Shown here: positions 58,171-64,000 of the stretch, piece after piece
How the letters are laid out: each line of letters starts with the position of its first letter
Position numbering within the stretch: the stretch's first letter is position 1
Assembly: GCA_009914755.4 (NCBI GenBank)
Contig: CP086569.2
Location: 4,672,001-4,736,000 of the forward strand
Length of the DNA stretch: 64,000 nt
From: the human T2T-CHM13v2.0 reference genome, Homo sapiens
Reading direction: 5' to 3'
Made by a program: the position numbers and the translations under genes
The notes under the pieces: generated by a model
The model's database searches: none
What the model was told of the DNA's origin: nothing
Seen by the model: only the letters and a program-made list of their open reading frames with translations

Positions 58171-58336
58171 CTGTTTTCCTGTACTGTTTTATTAATTCAT
58201 GGAATAGTGACTAATAGAAGTATTATTTAGCCTTATATATAAAACTCATAGATATAATACTGTTTTGTGTACTGTTTTATTAATTCATGGAATAGTGACT
58301 AATAGAAGTACTACTTATCCTTATATATAAAACTCA
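58171..58336. repeat. Tandem duplication, 2 x ~88 bp
   Basis: 'ctgttttcctgtactgttttattaattcatggaatagtgactaatagaagtattatttagccttatatataaaactca' at 58171-58248 repeats at 58259-58336 with about 6 substitutions, separated by 'tagatataata'. Confidence 0.85.
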
Positions 58337-58384
58337 AAATAGCCTTTTCAGCAAATACCCAGTGAAGACACAAATATATATATT

Positions 58385-58418
58385 ACACACACACACACAC
58401 ACAATTATATATATATAT
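58385..58418. repeat. Compound microsatellite (CA)9-(TA)7
   Basis: 'acacacacacacacacaattatatatatatata'. Confidence 0.9.
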
Positions 58419-61014
58419 GAAGAAACCACATTTGTTAACAAATGACTAAAATTGTCATGCCTGAACCCTCCATTATTGAACATCACCTCTCCATACCCCT
58501 TGATCTCTTTAATTTTGTGATGCTATACCACCTCCATAATTTCACCCATGAATAATAGATTCCAAGCCCATCACTTTCTGTTTCTTTCTCTTTTCTTTTG
58601 CAAACACTTTTCCTTTACACGAGGGACCTTTGGTTACCTTCTTAAAATGTGATTATCTAGAAAATTTACAGAATGTGAAATTAATGCCTATTTGATAAAA
58701 AATATTTAATATATAAAGCAATGCCTACAGATATGTATATATATCACATAGTTGTTATACAGATTAAATGAAATAACTGATTTAAAATCACATAGAGCAA
58801 TTCAAATACTACACCAAGTGGAAATTATCCTTTTTGATGAATTTAGGACTTATTTATTATGATAATCTGGTACTTGTTGACAAAGTACAGTAAAATAATT
58901 ATTAGATACTGAAACAAGCAATATTACATTCACCCTGAGGCAATAGAAGAATGTGTGATGATAGACAAACGTTATATTTTTGCCATGAAGAATGTGTCTC
59001 TTGCTTGATTATTCTGTAAAGCCATGTTTCAAATGTTCCCTAAATCATATATCAAAAATCCAGAAAAATTAATATAGAAGAGAAACCTTTAGAATTTGTC
59101 TTATTAAGTGCTATTTGAGCTTGATTATTATCAGATTTTGAAACCCTGTTAGAGAACACCACACTAACTGTTGTTGGAATGATAGAATGAATCAGCAAAC
59201 AATAAATAATTTGGAGAAGGAAGCAGCATTGATGGAATCCACTTCTCAGAGAAGTTTAGACCCAAATGTGAAAAATTAGACATGTACAATAAGTACAGTA
59301 AGCAAGCTGTTTGTGGAATAAAATTTAACAAACCAGTTATATAATTACTGTGCCTTATTAAATTTTTTATTTTGACATCTCAAGTTTCAGAATACACAGG
59401 AAATAATTACATAAAATTGGACAGCCAATGCCCTTGCCCGCCTCTGCTTGCTGTGGTCAGTTCCTCTGAAAATACTAGGTTTATCGGTTGCTCCAATTTG
59501 TCTTTCTCCCAGTGTGGTTACTTTTATTGCAATGTTCTAGATTCCTGTCAACCTCAAGAACTACCTTATTGTTTACCCAGGCTGTGAAAGAAGCTTTGCT
59601 TGTATTTGAGACCAAGAACACAACAGTAGTGACCACCTAACATATTATGGCTGTTAAATGGTGTATTTTTGACTTAATGAAACATTGAAATAATTGGAAT
59701 GATGAGATTTAAGTGGAGTTAGGATAATGGGCAGCAGATAGATATTTCTTATCTTCATGTAATACTTAAATTTGTACTATTGTAGAAATTGTACAAAAAT
59801 TGTAGCATATAAACCATTCACTCATGTGTTTGTTGTTGTAGCATATGATCCAGTAATTCACATAGAATTCATTTAAATATATTACAAATGAAACCAGCAC
59901 TATAATGCAGAAAAAATTTAAAAAATATCAAGGAAATTATGCCTTGAAATTCTTCTGACAAAGCATTTGAACATTAATTGTGTGGTTTGAAATTTCTAGA
60001 ATTGCGTATAGTAGATGCCTAGCTCCCTTACCTACTCAGAGATGATAAAATGAACTTCCATTTTTGCTTTATATATCTTTAAATTTTCAGAGATGCTTAT
60101 TTTATTTCTGCTTTTGCTTTCTCTAATTGTCATTATTGTGTCCCTCTAAATACAACTATTGCTTACCCAACCGTGATGTCTTGCTGATAAAGGGCATCAC
60201 TTAAATAGCATGGGCACTACTGGAACTTGTCAAAAATTTTAGTTCTTTATATCTTCTTTTGTGTTGTTTCCTTTATCAATTTCCAAACTAACATTAATCT
60301 ATAGTAGGAGTGGGTTGTAGGAGAAGGGCAAAGAAATTTAAGGTTACCTTGTCACATTTTTCATGAGACAGAAAAATTAGAATGTAATTTACATACATTA
60401 AGATACGTATGTAGGCATATTTTCCCTGGATATCTGAGTTAAATGTGCCATGCTTCCATAAGACTAAGCAGTGATTATTTATATCCATATTTAGTAGCTA
60501 AATTTCTGTACTGTTCATTCAAAGAATTAAACTCAGCATTTTCAAAGAAAACTTAATAAATTTTAAAGATAATAAATTTTCAAGTGGCAAATGTGAGAGT
60601 TGAAATCAAAATCTGGAGATTGAGGTTACTTAAACATGCATGTTCACATCCTGGTAGAAGCAGAGATGAGTTCATTATACAGTAATTGAACACTGAATTA
60701 AAGACATACTAGAATATATTATCAAATATAAACTCTGTTTTGTTCACTGATGTACCTTCAGTGTCTAGAACTGTGCTTGACATATAAAAATTGCTTAATA
60801 AGTATTTGTTGAATAAGTGGCTAAACCTCCATGAGTTCATTTCATCTCAAACTCTTTATTAACTAGAGGGTGAATATTCCTTCTAGGTTGGCAACATATA
60901 TATTCACTTAAGCTTTAGAAATGGTATTTTTTCTCAATATTTCTTCCCTGTTTTTAAAACCACTGAATGAATTTCCGGTTATGAAACACATTTTAAAATG
61001 TTTTATATGATGAT

Positions 61015-61612
61015 GGTATTGTGGAAGACAGTGTGGCAATTCCTCAAGGATCTAGAACTAGAAATACCATTTGACCCAGCCATCCCATTACTGGGTATAT
61101 ACCCAAAGGATTATAAATCATGCTGCTATAAAGACACACGCACATGTATGTTTATTGTGGCACTATTCACAATAGCAAAGACTTGGAACCAACCCAAATG
61201 TCCATCAATGATAGACTGGATTAAGAAAATGTGGCACATATACACTGTGGAATACTATGCAGCCATAAAAAAGGATGAGTTCATGTCCTTTTTAAGGACA
61301 AGGATGAAGCTGGAAACCATCATTCTCAGCAAACTATTGCAAGGACAGAAAACCAAACACCACATGTTCTCACTCATAGGTGGGAATTGAACAATGAGAA
61401 CACTTGGACACAGGGTGGGGAACATCACACATCGGGGCCTGTTGTGGGGTGGGAGGAGGGGGGAAGGGTAGCATTAGGAGATATACCTAATGTTAAATGA
61501 CGAGTTAATGGGTGCAGCACACCAACATGGCACATGTATACATATGTAACAAACCTGCATGTTGTGCACATGTACCCTAGAACTTAAAGTATAATTAAAA
61601 AAATTAAAAATA
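61015..61612 (+). mobile_element. L1PA-like 3' fragment, about 0.6 kb: ORF2 C-terminus, 3'UTR and A-rich tail
   Basis: ORF 60998-61390 encodes '[121 protein letters not shown]', the ORF2p C-terminus. It is followed by the L1 3'UTR '...gtgcagcacaccaacatggcacatgtatacatatgtaacaaacctgcatgttgtgcacatgtaccctagaacttaaagtataattaaaaaaattaaaaataaa'. Confidence 0.9.
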
Positions 61613-61794
61613 AAGATAGAGTAGAACAGATTTAGAATGGATTGAGGGAGGGTGACTTCTTGGAACTAGATCACTCTATTAATTATTTATGTTGTGTAGA
61701 GATATTGCGACATGCATGCAATGCTTTTATTTCTTTATTTTGCTTTATTTTGTTTTTCATTTTGGGCGGTTATCCCAGGAATTCAAGGTGGTTT

Positions 61795-62055
61795 TATCTT
61801 TTTTTTTTTTTTAATTTAACTTTTATTCTGAGTTCAGGGGTACAAGTGTAGGTTTATGTAAGTAAACCTGTGTCATGGGGGTTTGTTGTACAGATTATTT
61901 CGTCACCCAGGTATTAAGCCTAGTACCCATTAATTTTTCCTGATCCTCTCCCTCCTCCCATCTTCCAACCTCCAATAGGCCCCAGTGTGTGTTGTTCCCC
62001 TGTATATGTCCATGAGTTCTCATCATTTAGCTCCCACTTATAAGTCAGAATATCC
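61795..62055 (-). mobile_element. Older L1 (L1PB/L1MA-like) 3' terminal fragment, antisense, with poly-T at the left
   Basis: 'tttttttttttttaatttaacttttattctgagttcaggggtacaagtgtaggtttatgtaagtaaacctgtgtcatgggggtttgttgtacagattatttcgtcacccaggtattaagcctagtacccattaatttttcc...ctcatcatttagctcccacttataagtcagaatat' is the reverse complement of an old L1 3' end. Confidence 0.8.
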
Positions 62056-64000
62056 TGCAATGTTTTTAAAAACAGTCTGTAGTATTCTTCTGCCAGTTGT
62101 AATAATGTGTAATACCTAAGGGTAAGATAAGAATAGAGCGATAATTTTAATTCCAATTGTCACTGCCCCATTTTTATTTCTGCTTATGTTTGCATGACAT
62201 TTATAAAATCACATAAGCATCCAAAACGTCTTAGATATGCTAGATTCACAGCATATAGAACACATATATGTGTGCATATTAGCTGGTAGTATCAATGGGG
62301 TATTTTTAATCTCACCTTCATAACAGAGTATAAAACCAAAAATTCACAAGACTGAATTTTGAGCGAGTTTTTATATTATGTAATCCCAATGCACATCATT
62401 GTACAAATGATGCTAAAAATACTATACCACAGGCAACAGTGTTTTTATGTTGTTTACTAGGATAAATAATGTCTTCACCTCTAGCATTACTCACTATCAT
62501 AACTAACATATTTTATATATGATACCAACTGCTTAACATAGGAAAGTCATTGAATTCATAATATATATTTTTAAAATGTTGTGATAAAAATTAATGAGAT
62601 ATTTTAAGTCTACTGCTGACCTAAACTATCTTGATTGTTGCAACAGATGCATTTATTTGATTATTGATTGTAAATAGAAAGATTTCTTTTTTTCCAATTT
62701 TGTGTATTCCAACATTGGCATATGCATATTTTAAAAAATGCAGATGTGCAGCTATGCAATGGGACAGTTATTTCATATAACACATTGCTTGGCATAACCA
62801 GAGCACAATATCCATAACAAGTTATTTATATCATATGTAGTCCTCCTGTTTTTAGAACAATTACTAAAACTTGTTGATGTTATCGATTACCAATAAATAT
62901 TGAGAAATTCCTTAATTGGTTACCTATATGCATTAATACATTTCTGGAATGGAATTTTAAATAACCACCTGAACACTGAGTTTTCAAAACTGCTAAATAC
63001 CTTAATAGTTGCATTAACCTTCATTTAATTATAAAAGTATGACATCTGATAGGCTTTAGCTCAGTGTGATACAAATTTAATTTTGTTTATATAATATATC
63101 ATCTACAAGTACTATCCAGAAGAAGCACATTAGAATGTTTAATTATACTAGAGATTAAAAGATATTTAATATATAAACTTGAGAATAAATAAAATAGAGA
63201 ATAAGAATTGAGAATTATGAAAGGAAACTGAAGGTAAAATTTGCAGATTTTAAGAAAATCAAAATCCCTCATTGAATTTTGTCAGAAGAGTTCAAGAACT
63301 GAAATAATTTTAAAGCTTTCAGTGAGTGAAAAATAATAGGGAGAAGTAGCAAGAGAGATTGATTTTTGACTCACTTTCAACTCGGTACTGTTTTTAAATG
63401 CCTTTCTTATTTTCAAGCCCTTCTCAAGCTGTTCCTTGAAGTTGTATAATTCCTGTTAGTCTATAGATGTGAAAACCCATTTTTATATGAACTACCTTCT
63501 GCGTTCTATAAACATAAATTCTCAGGGTTGGGATGTCTTCTAGTCTAACTCTCCCATTGAATGTTTGGACGTCATCTACCAAATCCGTGTATCTAAAGCA
63601 AATATAGTAGATCTAATCTGGTGGTCCAGTACCTCCAAAGATATGGAATACACTCCTGAAATATCCTGAAACCTTTTTTTTTTCAGAATCCTTTAATAAG
63701 CAGTTATGTCAATCTGAAAGTTGCTTACTTGTACTTTATATTAATAGCTATTCTTGTTTTTCTTATCCAAAGAAAAATCCTCTAATCCCCTTTTCACATG
63801 ATAGTTGTTACCATGTTTAGGCGTTAGTCACATCAACCCCTCTCCTCTCCCAAACTTCTCTTCTTCAAATCAAACTTTATTAGTCCCTCCTTTATAATGA
63901 TTCCTTGCCTCCTTTTATCCAGATCAATTTTTTTTCACTTTGATGCCCAGAGCTGAAGAAATGGACTATTGTATAAATTATTCATTGCCAAGAGAATAAT

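Overview
This window is not prokaryotic. It is human or other catarrhine primate nuclear DNA: an AT-rich, L1-rich gene-desert isochore of about 34-38% GC, interrupted by a single large CpG-island cluster at roughly 6.7-11.9 kb. I see at least 13 Alu SINEs (many with recognisable target-site duplications), several MIR fragments, one full-length but inactivated L1PA element with TSDs (48598-54669, minus strand), three further L1 3' fragments, a solo THE1 (MaLR) LTR with a 5-bp TSD, a MER5A-type hAT relic, and a U2 snRNA pseudogene plus a second short U2-derived fragment. There are many CA/GT microsatellites and three small tandem duplications. Nearly all ORFs in the six-frame track are spurious: they are Alu- or GC-driven, microsatellite-encoded, or antisense to L1. 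The only ORFs with real protein homology are the broken LINE-1 ORF1p and ORF2p remnants. There is no CRISPR array, operon or defence-system-like architecture, so the suggested 'novel system' is not supported. The most interesting loci are an unassigned CpG island that appears to carry a non-coding first exon with a textbook 5' splice donor at 8124, possibly with a divergent partner on the other strand, and a retrotransposon pile-up at 48.6-57.4 kb where three insertions can be ordered from their TSDs. I cannot name the gene that owns the CpG island from sequence alone.
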